Source: a virus (Duplodnaviria > Heunggongvirae > Uroviricota > Caudoviricetes). From it: a DNA stretch of 30,252 nt. The stretch lies in the IMG/VR virus record IMGVR_UViG_2548876960_000006; one strand, 5' to 3'. Positions 1-7,940 of this stretch are shown here, piece after piece. The stretch's first letter is position 1. Every line of letters starts with the position of its first letter. Position numbers and translations under genes: made by a program. The notes under the pieces are model-generated. The model was not told the DNA's origin. It made no database searches and saw only the letters and a program-made list of their open reading frames with translations.

Positions 1-129
1 CTATTTATCGGAAGGTTTATCCTGCTGCGGTTTGTTGTTGACCATATCGCACAACATAGAGAGCAGCATTAACCGTACTTTAAAGGGAGAATGACTAAAC
101 ACGCGCATACACCTCTTGAACTCATTCAT
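1..129 (-). CDS. small hypothetical protein (42 aa)
   Basis: ATG at 129..127 with AGGAGG 4 nt upstream; stop at 3..1. Translation MNEFKRCMRVFSHSPFKVRLMLLSMLCDMVNNKPQQDKPSDK. Below the ORF-track size cut-off; AT-rich context downstream of int. Confidence 0.3.
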   Translation of the reverse strand: MNEFKRCMRVFSHSPFKVRLMLLSMLCDMVNNKPQQDKPSDK

Positions 130-296
130 AAGACCTCCTGACTTGCTAATCCCATCGATCCTTGAGGGATGATTGCATTACATACAGATATAGCACAGGC
201 TATATTATAAAGCATCAACTATCTGCGAAAAACAACAACTTACAGTGTTATCAATAAGTTACGTTGGTTAATGTCTGTGAGTATTCGGCAGTATTT

Positions 297-1337
297 CTAA
301 GCTGTCGCGACATTTTTGCGACATTTTAGGGGGTTAAGTCGCACAGCATCTTCAAGGTGGCTTGGGGCGAAGTGGGCATAACGCATTGTCATGGTTATGT
401 CAGCGTGGCCGAGAATTTTTTGCAAAACCAGAATGTTTCCGCCGTTCATCATAAAGTGGCTGGCAAATGTATGGCGCAGTACATGGGTAAGCTGGCCGGA
501 GGGGAGTTCAATGCCTGCGCGTTCCAGAGCAGAGCGGAAAGCGTTGTAGCAGGGCTTGGGGAACAGAGCGCCTTTTGTTTCAGGTAATTCGGACAGAAGT
601 TCATCATCAAGGGGAATTGTTCTGTTGCGCTTCCCTTTGGTTTTGACGAACGTGACTTTACCCCCGGCGATCTGGGAGCTTTTCAGCGTTGCCGCCTCAT
701 TCCACCTTGCGCCGGTAGCAAGGCAGATTTTGACAACTAATTCTAGGTACTTAACTTTGCTTCGTTTGCATTCCAGTAAAAGCCGATCAATTTCTTCGGT
801 AGTGAGGAAAGCCATTTCGGTTTCATCAGTACGATACTGTCTGACGTTTTCCAGTGGGTTGGGTGCTGACCATTCACCAATCCGTTTCAGTTCATTGAAC
901 ATCGCTAGAAAGTAAGCATGTTCAAGGTTCATAGTTTTCGGGGAAACCTTAGATACTCTGTTGGTGCGGGCATAATGCCCATCCAGCCTTTTAGCGCGGT
1001 AGGCTGTGAACAACTGGGCATTAAATTCTGTGGCCAGCGGGAATCCCATGCATTCCGCCGCCCAGGTCATAGCATCTTTACGCTTTTCGCCATTGCTCAA
1101 AGCTACGCCGTGGCGTTCATACCACATTGTTATCAGATCTATTAAAGTTCGCTTGTCCTTCCCTTCACCCAGCCACGGAGCTGCGTCTACTTTCTGAAGC
1201 GTATGGTTTTCGAATGCCAGGGCTTCCCCTTTCGTGGCAAATTTTTTACGTATACGCTTCCCGTTCTTGCCATTACTGCGGTTGACGGTGTAGAAGTCGG
1301 CGATCCATTCGCCTGTAGGAAGTTTACGAACGCTCAT
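297..1337 (-). CDS. int: tyrosine recombinase / phage integrase
   Basis: 346-aa ORF with C-terminal catalytic-type motifs HVLRHTFASHF and MRYAHF; lies directly downstream of the repressor gene on the same strand, as in the 186 cI-int arrangement. Confidence 0.9.
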   Translation of the reverse strand: MSVRKLPTGEWIADFYTVNRSNGKNGKRIRKKFATKGEALAFENHTLQKVDAAPWLGEGKDKRTLIDLITMWYERHGVALSNGEKRKDAMTWAAECMGFPLATEFNAQLFTAYRAKRLDGHYARTNRVSKVSPKTMNLEHAYFLAMFNELKRIGEWSAPNPLENVRQYRTDETEMAFLTTEEIDRLLLECKRSKVKYLELVVKICLATGARWNEAATLKSSQIAGGKVTFVKTKGKRNRTIPLDDELLSELPETKGALFPKPCYNAFRSALERAGIELPSGQLTHVLRHTFASHFMMNGGNILVLQKILGHADITMTMRYAHFAPSHLEDAVRLNPLKCRKNVATA

Positions 1338-1338
1338 T

Positions 1339-1920
1339 TTATTTTATCGTCAGAACAACGCGGCCTATGATTTTTATGTCGTCAATTCCGCAATCAAATG
1401 CCATACCAACACCGCTAACTCTGACTTTTCGTACCGGAATCCGTGTAAGAGTGCGGACGCTTGTTTTTCCTTCAACTTCAACCAACCAATCATCGTCATA
1501 AACTTCAGAATAAGACTGGTCAACAATGTACTGAATAAGGCCATCCAGAACACAAATCGGTTGTTGCGGTAAGGGCTTGCCAGGCAGGAAGATGACTTTA
1601 TCAAGCATAAGTGTGCCAGCGTCATAGAGTTGGCCATCAACAATCTTGCTGCGCGGCATTTTGAGTATGTCTAATTCATCATCATTAAATTTACGTCCCT
1701 GTCCTGTTGCCAGCCACTCCAGATTAGCGCCTGTTTCGGCTACGCATTTCACGACAATATCTGCCGGGAAAACTCCACGCTTGTAGCGTGAAGAAAGAGA
1801 ACTGGCTGCCATGTCCAGATGTTCCGCGAGCTGTAACTTCTGCGTAAATCCGTAAGCCTCGATCACCCTGTCAAGAATCGGTGTGCTATCTACGTTTAGG
1901 TCGATTTTAAATGTGCTCAT
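1339..1920 (-). CDS. cI: CI-type immunity repressor (186 CI-like, HTH N-terminal domain)
   Basis: ORF divergent from the cox-like gene; HTH-like segment GFTQKLQLAEHLDMAASSLSSRYKRGV. Start placed at ATG 1920 (193 aa); the track start at 1962 is GTG and ATG 1956 is also possible. No LexA-type S24 motif recognised. Confidence 0.6.
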   Translation of the reverse strand: MSTFKIDLNVDSTPILDRVIEAYGFTQKLQLAEHLDMAASSLSSRYKRGVFPADIVVKCVAETGANLEWLATGQGRKFNDDELDILKMPRSKIVDGQLYDAGTLMLDKVIFLPGKPLPQQPICVLDGLIQYIVDQSYSEVYDDDWLVEVEGKTSVRTLTRIPVRKVRVSGVGMAFDCGIDDIKIIGRVVLTIK

Positions 1921-1934
1921 AGCGAATCCATAAG

Positions 1935-1947
1935 TCTCGATTCGAGA
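1935..1947. promoter_or_regulatory. 13-bp perfect palindrome TCTCGATTCGAGA; candidate operator
   Basis: Perfect palindrome read directly; the half-site TCTCGA recurs at 1964..1969 inside the putative pR spacer, and TTCGAA at 1995..2000. Confidence 0.35.
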
Positions 1948-1955
1948 AATTGCCA

Positions 1956-1984
1956 TTGACACTTCTCGAAACGCGAATTAATCT
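1956..1984 (+). promoter_or_regulatory. candidate early lytic promoter (pR-like) for the cox/cII/dam/A operon
   Basis: TTGACA (1956..1961), 17-bp spacer, TAATCT (1979..1984), about 70 nt upstream of the cox-like ATG. Confidence 0.45.
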
Positions 1985-2015
1985 GGCTCCATATTTCGAA
2001 TGTTGCCTTATATAA

Positions 2016-2034
2016 CCCTGTATTGCCGTACAGG
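2016..2034. promoter_or_regulatory. dyad CCTGTA-N6-TACAGG (contains CTGT-N8-ACAG) in the switch region; operator or weak SOS-box candidate
   Basis: Inverted repeat read directly between the pR-like promoter and the cox-like start; a possible leftward promoter overlaps it (TTAACC / TATATA on the minus strand). Centre is not AT-rich, so LexA binding is doubtful. Confidence 0.3.
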
Positions 2035-2055
2035 TTAACTTGTGGAGTTTGCCTT

Positions 2056-2277
2056 ATGCGTCCGAACATTACAATCATCATCCCAGAACCATACCTGCCT
2101 TTAGACGAGTATTGCCGCCGTACTGGCACCAACAAAGAAACCGCCAGGAACCTGATCGAATACGGAAAATTACCTATTAAGCCGAAGGGTAAGCAGAAGA
2201 AAGGCCTGGTCGAAGTCAACATGGCCGCGCTCACTATTCAGGCTTTAAGTGAATGTGACATTTCGCTTAACGCGTAA
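2056..2277 (+). CDS. Cox/Apl-like excisionase-regulator
   Basis: 73-aa ORF from ATG 2056 (GGAG 8 nt upstream), first gene of the rightward operon and divergent from cI, as for P2 cox and 186 apl. Track start at 2023 is TTG. Confidence 0.5.
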   Translation: MRPNITIIIPEPYLPLDEYCRRTGTNKETARNLIEYGKLPIKPKGKQKKGLVEVNMAALTIQALSECDISLNA

Positions 2278-2307
2278 TCCATCCTACGGATTAGGGAGAG
2301 GCAAACA

Positions 2308-2811
2308 ATGTTTGATTACCAGACATCTAAACATGCGCACTTTGATGCGGCTTGCCGAGCATTTGCAACTGAGCACAATCTTGAAGATGTGGCCGCTGCT
2401 GTTGGTATGAGGCCACAGATCTTGCGCAACAAACTGAACCCAGCGCAACCGCACCGCCTAACCTGTGATGAGCTTTTGGCTATCACGGATTACACCGAAG
2501 ATGCACGTTTACTTGATGGGATGTTAGGTCAGATTAACTGCCTTCCATCCGTGCCGGTGAACAATGCCACTGAAGCCAACATGCAACTGTGTGCGCTTAG
2601 CGCCACTGCGTGTGTGGGAGCGATTGCTGGGGAAGCCGTATCAACTGGCCATATGACCGCCGCCCGCCGTGCTCAAATTTTGGATCGCGCCCGCGATGCA
2701 ATCCGTAGCTTATCCGTGCTGGCTTATACCGTTGAAAGCCGTATTCACTCTGCGCCGGTTCTGGCTGCTGCGGTGGATCTGGTCACAACCCACGCCACCG
2801 GCCTGATGTGA
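2308..2811 (+). CDS. CII-like lysogeny-establishment regulator (186 CII-like)
   Basis: 167 aa (186 CII is 169 aa), immediately after the cox/apl-like gene; GGGAGAGG upstream of the ATG. Assignment rests on position and size, not on a verified alignment. Confidence 0.45.
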   Translation: MFDYQTSKHAHFDAACRAFATEHNLEDVAAAVGMRPQILRNKLNPAQPHRLTCDELLAITDYTEDARLLDGMLGQINCLPSVPVNNATEANMQLCALSATACVGAIAGEAVSTGHMTAARRAQILDRARDAIRSLSVLAYTVESRIHSAPVLAAAVDLVTTHATGLM

Positions 2812-2820
2812 GGGAACACT

Positions 2821-2994
2821 ATGAAAGCGTTTGTCACTTACCTGAAAAAAGAATCACCAGCCATGCAGTTGCCGAGTGGTTCAACGGGCTGGATAGAACT
2901 GCCGAACGGTCAGCGCTGGAACCCAGGCCACATTTACAAATTCAATGGCCAGCAGCCGCGCCGCCCGTGGTGGCGTCGTCTGATGGGGCTATAG
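2821..2994 (+). CDS. small hypothetical protein (57 aa)
   Basis: ATG 2821 with GAGG 7 nt upstream; MKAFVTYLKKESPAMQLPSGSTGWIELPNGQRWNPGHIYKFNGQQPRRPWWRRLMGL; stop TAG 2992..2994 sits inside the AGGAGG of the next gene. Competes with the GTG-initiated 207-aa track ORF. Confidence 0.3.
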   Translation: MKAFVTYLKKESPAMQLPSGSTGWIELPNGQRWNPGHIYKFNGQQPRRPWWRRLMGL

Positions 2995-3002
2995 GAGGCG
3001 TT

Positions 3003-3431
3003 ATGGCGATTAGCCAGGAACAGCAAAAGCGCGGGCTGGAGCATTTAAAACAGATCCGCCGCAAATACTTCAGCAAAAGCAGCGAGGCCGCTGAATGGTG
3101 GGACAACTTAACACCGGAGTGGCGCGGCGTAGTGCTTCATGCTGCTGCGGTTACATCTGGTACCGGGGCATTTAAAGCCCATTTAAGTAAGTGCTGCTGG
3201 CGGGAGCTTTATGACCGCCTGGGCTATCGGGACATGATTCAACTGCGCCAGGGCATTTCACGGGCGCGGTTAACGTTTGAAGGTTTCGGCAGTTTACGTG
3301 ACAGCGATTTTTCGAAGCGCACCGCGAACCGCTCGATCAAAAAAGTACATCCCATTTATAGCAGTGGCGGGGTGCAGATGGTGATCGCGCCGCATATCGT
3401 CCATAAGTTCCAGCAACAGGGGAATCACTAA
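3003..3431 (+). CDS. hypothetical early protein (142 aa)
   Basis: ATG 3003 preceded by AGGAGG (2993..2998); same frame as the track ORF 2808..3431, whose own start is GTG. Confidence 0.45.
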   Translation: MAISQEQQKRGLEHLKQIRRKYFSKSSEAAEWWDNLTPEWRGVVLHAAAVTSGTGAFKAHLSKCCWRELYDRLGYRDMIQLRQGISRARLTFEGFGSLRDSDFSKRTANRSIKKVHPIYSSGGVQMVIAPHIVHKFQQQGNH

Positions 3432-3832
3432 TGACCATTATTTCCGTTGAGGGCAAATCGTTGGGGGCAGAGCTGGCTGTGTGGGGCGTCCCGCATAACT
3501 ACGCATTAGCGTTTGCAGAGAAAAGCACCAGTAAAAATGGGCGTATCGCTTTGCATCCGTTCTTCTTCAATGACACTGAACACATGACAAATCCGCGTCA
3601 CTGGCTGGCGATCAATGCTGCTTTCTGGTGCTGCGTGTATCGCGAAGCGGAAAGCAAAGAAGCCCAGATAGAAGCGCTGGCGGGGATTCGTGCAATTTTC
3701 TATACAGCCGGGGCATTGGGAGTTGGCGAGATAAAAGCGCTGATCCAGGAGTGGTGGCGGACAACCTATGAGCTGCACCTGATTCCGGCTCCGAACTACT
3801 CAGCCGCCACAGTACAACCCACTTTTCACTAA
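3431..3832 (+). CDS. hypothetical early protein (133 aa)
   Basis: TAATG overlap with the preceding gene; no recognisable motifs. Confidence 0.45.
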   Translation: MTIISVEGKSLGAELAVWGVPHNYALAFAEKSTSKNGRIALHPFFFNDTEHMTNPRHWLAINAAFWCCVYREAESKEAQIEALAGIRAIFYTAGALGVGEIKALIQEWWRTTYELHLIPAPNYSAATVQPTFH

Positions 3833-3844
3833 TTAACAGCCTGA

Positions 3845-3882
3845 ATTTTTTGGCCACGGTTCAAGTGGCCGGGGATTCTTTT
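3845..3882 (+). terminator. intergenic stem-loop flanked by T-runs (possible terminator or attenuator)
   Basis: TTTTTT, then GGCCAC (3852..3857), 7-nt loop, GTGGCC (3865..3870), then GGGGATTCTTTT; lies between ORFs ending 3832 and starting 3900. Confidence 0.3.
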
Positions 3883-3899
3883 GCCTTAAGGAAACCAAA

Positions 3900-4133
3900 A
3901 TGCACATGACACGTCAGGATTTACCCGCAACAAAATCAGGCACCGACCTGCTGGCCATGCTCACCAAAGCCACGCAGGAAGGTAAAGCCGCAGTTGCTGA
4001 TCTGTGTTCCACCCGTCTGGATAAGCTGGCCACTCATGCGGCCAATGAAGGTTTAAGCGCAACGGAAATCGTTGAGTTAATCCGCGAAGAAGCCGCAGCG
4101 ATTTGCAGCAAAGGCGGTGCGGCATGGCAGTAA
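3900..4133 (+). CDS. hypothetical early protein (77 aa)
   Basis: ATG 3900 with AAGGA 8 nt upstream. Confidence 0.45.
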   Translation: MHMTRQDLPATKSGTDLLAMLTKATQEGKAAVADLCSTRLDKLATHAANEGLSATEIVELIREEAAAICSKGGAAWQ

Positions 4134-4453
4134 AAATTCATGCGGTAAAAATTGCGCCAAAATATCTTGATGCAGTAGTGGCTGGTCAGAAAAAGGCCGA
4201 GCTGCGAAAAAACGATCGCGGGTATAAAACCGGTGATGTTCTTTCATTGTGCGAGTGGAAGCACGGGAAATACACCGGGCGAGAGTGGGCGGCAGTTATC
4301 ACCCATGTTTTGCCGGTGAATGAAATTATCGCTGATACCGAAAATTGGGTGGTTTTATCTATCCGTTCGCTGTCACCGCTTGAAGTGCTGGAATACATCA
4401 TTTCAAACGGTGTAACAGAGTCGTTAGTTGGCGGAGGTCAATATGGCCGTTAA
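4124..4453 (+). CDS. ASCH/PUA-like domain protein (tentative)
   Basis: ATG 4124 overlapping the upstream stop; N-terminal pattern [40 protein letters not shown] resembles ASCH-type folds; overlaps the Dam start by 11 nt. Track start at 4103 is TTG. Confidence 0.4.
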   Translation: MAVKIHAVKIAPKYLDAVVAGQKKAELRKNDRGYKTGDVLSLCEWKHGKYTGREWAAVITHVLPVNEIIADTENWVVLSIRSLSPLEVLEYIISNGVTESLVGGGQYGR

Positions 4454-5303
4454 AACTCCGCTTAAATGGGTGGGCAGCAAAGCCCGCCTCATGCCTAAGC
4501 TGCGTCCGCACCTTCCAGAAGGTAAACGCCTGGTTGAACCGTTCGCAGGTTCCTGCGCCGTCATGATGAATACGGATTATGACGAGTATCTGATCGCAGA
4601 TGTGAATCCTGACCTGGTTAATCTTTATAAGGCGATGGCGTATCACACTAATGCGCTGCTGAATGAGCTGGAGATCCTGTTTTCTGCCGGTTCGTTAGGT
4701 GATGTAGAAAGCCGTGCCGTTTTCTATTACGCAGTGCGTGATGCTTTCAATCTTTCTGGTGGTAAGGCCGGTTCTGAATCTGTTGAAAATGCTGCGCGTT
4801 TCCTGTACCTGAACCGGCACTGCTTCAATGGTCTGTGTCGGTATAACCGTCGAGGCCAGTTCAACGTCCCGTTCGGTAAGTACAAAAAGCCTTATTTCCC
4901 CGCTGATGAAATCCGCGCCTTTGCTGAAAAAGCAAAACGCGCAACGTTCATTACTGCCCACTATTCAGAAACGCTTGATTTGGTTCGGGGCGGGAGTGAC
5001 GTTGTTTACTGTGATCCGCCTTATCTGACTGATGCCGACAATTTCACCGCTTACCATGAGCGCGGTTTTTCGCATATGGATCAGGGGCGGCTGGCGCGTA
5101 AACTGCGCCGTCTGGCGGAACGTGGGATTCCCGTTGTCGCGTCAAACAGCGATCTGGAAATGGTGCATTACCTGTATGCAGGGTTTGACGCCGTAAAGGT
5201 TAATGCGCCGCGTAGTGTCGGTGCGGCAGCTGCAAGCCCGAAAACGGCGGCAGAGCTGATTCTTAAATGGCCTTTACCGGCGACTTCTGAGGCCAGCGCA
5301 TGA
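4443..5303 (+). CDS. dam: DNA adenine methyltransferase (Dam family, N6-adenine)
   Basis: DPPY catalytic motif ([14 protein letters not shown]), N-terminal [10 protein letters not shown] and EPFAGS AdoMet-binding-type motifs; GGAGG 5 nt upstream of ATG 4443. Track start at 4428 is TTG. Confidence 0.9.
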   Translation: MAVKTPLKWVGSKARLMPKLRPHLPEGKRLVEPFAGSCAVMMNTDYDEYLIADVNPDLVNLYKAMAYHTNALLNELEILFSAGSLGDVESRAVFYYAVRDAFNLSGGKAGSESVENAARFLYLNRHCFNGLCRYNRRGQFNVPFGKYKKPYFPADEIRAFAEKAKRATFITAHYSETLDLVRGGSDVVYCDPPYLTDADNFTAYHERGFSHMDQGRLARKLRRLAERGIPVVASNSDLEMVHYLYAGFDAVKVNAPRSVGAAAASPKTAAELILKWPLPATSEASA

Positions 5304-7321
5304 CGCTGGCAATAAACGAACAATGCTATGCCGTTGATGCCTGGAGGCGGGAAACTTTCGCACCAGGCACACCGGCAGACGCGACTATCACAGAACGCCG
5401 CCTGTGGGCTGTAAACCCGCAGGATTATGAATGGCGATCCCGGTACCTGCATGAGATACCCGACTGGTTAGCCGGGTATTTTGGCCGTCGCTATGAAAAG
5501 CTTTTTTCTGGCCGTGACGGGCGTCGCCGTGCCAATACATTCCTGCGCAAAACAATCGGTGAGAATGTATTGCCACGTCTGCGCAAAGTGGCTGCGCGTT
5601 ACTCGCTGGCCGCTGATGCTGCTGATCTTCCTTTTGGTAAGTCGCTGGAGCGCTTGCCGTCACTAGACCGTCCTGATCTTAAAAAACTGGCTGGCCAGGT
5701 ATCTGGCTGGATTTCCCAGTCACTTTATGACTTCACCGAACAGTTTGATTCCGGCACTGACGACGCCAGAGAGCTGCATCGCCGCACTCTGGAATCTTAC
5801 CGCCATCTTTGTGCCTGTTGCCTGATGCTGAATAACCAGCCGCCGTACTGGACTGAACATGAGGCCAATGAAGGTCAACTGGAAATGCGTAAGGCGGAAT
5901 CCGGGATACTGCGCATGATGGCGCCGGAATGGTGGTACCTGCGTCTTAAACGTGCGCGTGATACGCAGCGCGAGCACATGGCCATTGCGGTGGGACAGGT
6001 GCAAAAAGCGGCCAGCGCTTATGTATCCCGCAAAACACTGGGTGAATGGATAGACCAGAAAAAGCGGAATCTGGAGTTCTTTAAAAAGTTTGATCTGCTG
6101 AATGATGAGGGGCTGCGCATTGCACTGGACAGCATGGTGCACCGCAGCGTTGCAAATCCGGCGATCCGTCGATGTGAACTAATGGTAAGAATGCGAGGGT
6201 TTGAAGATATGGCCAATGAAGAAGGGCTGGCCGGTGAGTTTTACACTATCACCGCGCCATCACGTTTCCATGCGGTTCACAGCAAAGGGGGCTTTGTATC
6301 GCAATGGGATGGAAGTACGCCGCAGGATACCCAGCGCTATTTATGCGGCGTATGGGCAAAAGCGCGTGCAGCGATCTCGCGTGCTGGTATCCATGTATTT
6401 GGGTTTCGGGTTGTTGAGCCTCACCATGACGGGACACCGCACTGGCATATGTTGCTTTTTATGCGTCCGCAGGACGTGGACACGGTACGCGATATTCTTT
6501 GTTATCACGCCAGAATTACCGATTCTGAAGAACTGCAATCTGAAAAGGCGCTGAAGGCGCGTTTTCATGTTGAAGCTATCGATCCCGCCAAAGGTTCGGC
6601 CACGGGCTACATCGCGAAATACATTTCAAAAAATATTGATGGTTTTGCGCTGGATGGTGAGCAGGACGAAGAAACCGGCGAAAACCTGCGTGATATGGCT
6701 AAGTCCGTTTCCGCGTGGGCTTCACGCTGGCGTATTCGCCAGTTTCAGCAGATTGGTGGTGCGCCGGTAACCGTCTGGCGTGAGCTGCGTCGGTTGCGGG
6801 ATCAGGTACTGACAGATCGCAGAATGGATGCGGTTCTGGCCGCTGCTGATGTCGGGGACTGGGCTGCATATACCCAGGCGCAGGGAGGTGCACTGGTTGC
6901 CCGCCGTGATCTGGTTGTTCGTCTGGCCTATGAAATTACGGAACAGGGCAACGAATACGCGGAGGACGTGCAGCGCGTACAGGGTGTTTATTCTCCTTTG
7001 ATTCCTGATTCAGAAGTTTGCACCCGTCTGGTTAAGTGGCAAAAGGTTGCGAAGTTGGCCGAAGCGCCAGCGGAGGCGGGTTTTTCTGGCGGCAACGCCG
7101 CCCCTTGGAGTTCTGTCAATAACTGTACGGAGGGGGGAACCCGCAGACGGTTAAAACTGGAATTACGCAGTCGGGGTTTTGAGGGTTCCGATGAAGAAAT
7201 AGCCATTCTCCTGCGGGGTAGTGGTTTGATATTTGGTCAGGGGGCACTGATTTACCGCAATGGGCGGTTGAAGGAAACACGAAACGAACCATTGCAGGAG
7301 CTTTGGCCGGGGTGGTTATAG
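5300..7321 (+). CDS. rolling-circle replication initiator endonuclease (P2 gpA / 186 A family)
   Basis: 673 aa; HUH-type motif HPHHDGTPHWHMLLF and tyrosine motif GYIAKYISK; ATGA overlap with the dam stop. Confidence 0.85.
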   Translation: MTLAINEQCYAVDAWRRETFAPGTPADATITERRLWAVNPQDYEWRSRYLHEIPDWLAGYFGRRYEKLFSGRDGRRRANTFLRKTIGENVLPRLRKVAARYSLAADAADLPFGKSLERLPSLDRPDLKKLAGQVSGWISQSLYDFTEQFDSGTDDARELHRRTLESYRHLCACCLMLNNQPPYWTEHEANEGQLEMRKAESGILRMMAPEWWYLRLKRARDTQREHMAIAVGQVQKAASAYVSRKTLGEWIDQKKRNLEFFKKFDLLNDEGLRIALDSMVHRSVANPAIRRCELMVRMRGFEDMANEEGLAGEFYTITAPSRFHAVHSKGGFVSQWDGSTPQDTQRYLCGVWAKARAAISRAGIHVFGFRVVEPHHDGTPHWHMLLFMRPQDVDTVRDILCYHARITDSEELQSEKALKARFHVEAIDPAKGSATGYIAKYISKNIDGFALDGEQDEETGENLRDMAKSVSAWASRWRIRQFQQIGGAPVTVWRELRRLRDQVLTDRRMDAVLAAADVGDWAAYTQAQGGALVARRDLVVRLAYEITEQGNEYAEDVQRVQGVYSPLIPDSEVCTRLVKWQKVAKLAEAPAEAGFSGGNAAPWSSVNNCTEGGTRRRLKLELRSRGFEGSDEEIAILLRGSGLIFGQGALIYRNGRLKETRNEPLQELWPGWL

Positions 7322-7398
7322 GTGTGCATGTGTGTGTAACACATTCATTTGTCAGTAGATGGCAGGAAATTAAATTTCACAATTCGTGCTTTAAGGTG

Positions 7399-7418
7399 TA
7401 CTGTATGTATATCCAGTT
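7399..7418. promoter_or_regulatory. LexA-box-like SOS operator candidate
   Basis: TACTGTATGTATATCCAGTT; the 16-mer core CTGTATGTATATCCAG matches consensus CTGT-(AT)4-ACAG at 14 of 16 positions; about 25 nt upstream of the ATG at 7441. Confidence 0.4.
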
Positions 7419-7440
7419 ATTTATTGCTTGTGGGGGCTAA

Positions 7441-7647
7441 ATGGATCTTTTGGAGGCGTCGGCACAGCTGGAACGCATTGAGTTATTGGCCAAAATTGCC
7501 CATGTTTACGAAAGTAACCAGAGAGAAAAAACAATCGCTTTGGCCTGGATTGGAGAGCTTGCGGGAGAGGTTCGCGAAATGGTTAAAAAGGAAGGGCAAC
7601 GCCCCCAGAATGGGGGCATTTCAGGCGGCGGGAGTCGCTTTCAGTAG
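7441..7647 (+). CDS. small hypothetical protein (68 aa), possibly SOS-regulated
   Basis: ATG 7441 preceded by a G-rich stretch; MDLLEASAQLERIELLAKIAHVYESNQREKTIALAWIGELAGEVREMVKKEGQRPQNGGISGGGSRFQ; its 3' end overlaps the ogr 3' end convergently. Confidence 0.35.
   Translation: MDLLEASAQLERIELLAKIAHVYESNQREKTIALAWIGELAGEVREMVKKEGQRPQNGGISGGGSRFQ
7585..7617 (-). terminator. possible terminator downstream of ogr (non-canonical)
   Basis: GCCCCC (7601..7606), 5-nt loop, GGGGGC (7612..7617), immediately 3' of the ogr stop on the minus strand; the T-run begins about 10 nt after the stem. Confidence 0.25.
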
Positions 7648-7890
7648 GTCTAATGCCATCTGGCGCTGATCGGGTGAAAGTGCATTCAGTATTTTTTGCA
7701 CCATCGCATCACCCGCTTTAGCGCTGGGGCTGAGAGTGTGGGAGAACGTCAGATTCATAACAAACGTGTGGCCACACTCAACATCTGAACAGGCGCAGTA
7801 AATATCCGCAATTTGCCGGTGCTTCCTGTTCGTTTTACGAATAACAGCCTTTGAGCCGCATTCCGGGCATTCGATTTTCAGAACTCGCAT
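7621..7890 (-). CDS. ogr: Ogr/Delta-type zinc-finger late-gene transcription activator
   Basis: Cys-rich finger CPECG ... YCACSDVEC as in P2 Ogr / 186 B; start taken at ATG 7890 (GGAG upstream). An in-frame ATG at 7944 overlaps the portal stop (ATGA) and would give a 107-aa N-extended form. Confidence 0.8.
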   Translation of the reverse strand: MRVLKIECPECGSKAVIRKTNRKHRQIADIYCACSDVECGHTFVMNLTFSHTLSPSAKAGDAMVQKILNALSPDQRQMALDLLKATPAA

Positions 7891-7940
7891 ATTCCATGCT
7901 CCAGCTGTTAAATGATGCCTGGATTTTAGCCTGTTTCGCC

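Noticed and set aside
200-225. 10-bp match ATTATAAAGC shared with 29231..29240, as possible att core repeats
   Set aside because: A 10-bp AT-rich match between two AT-rich regions is likely by chance and the flanking bases do not match.
1339-1920. LexA-like self-cleaving (S24 peptidase) C-terminal domain in the CI repressor
   Set aside because: No Ser-Lys dyad-type motif recognisable in the C-terminal half; the repressor is more consistent with a non-cleavable 186-type CI.
2808-3431. 207-aa track ORF starting at 2808
   Set aside because: Its start codon is GTG and only its downstream part has a strong RBS plus ATG (3003); an alternative 57-aa ORF with RBS occupies the upstream part in another frame. 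Kept only as an alternative.
7349-7669. 106-aa plus-strand ORF
   Set aside because: Starts at a TTG without an RBS and runs across the LexA-box-like site and AT-rich promoter region; the shorter ATG-initiated ORF at 7441 is more plausible.
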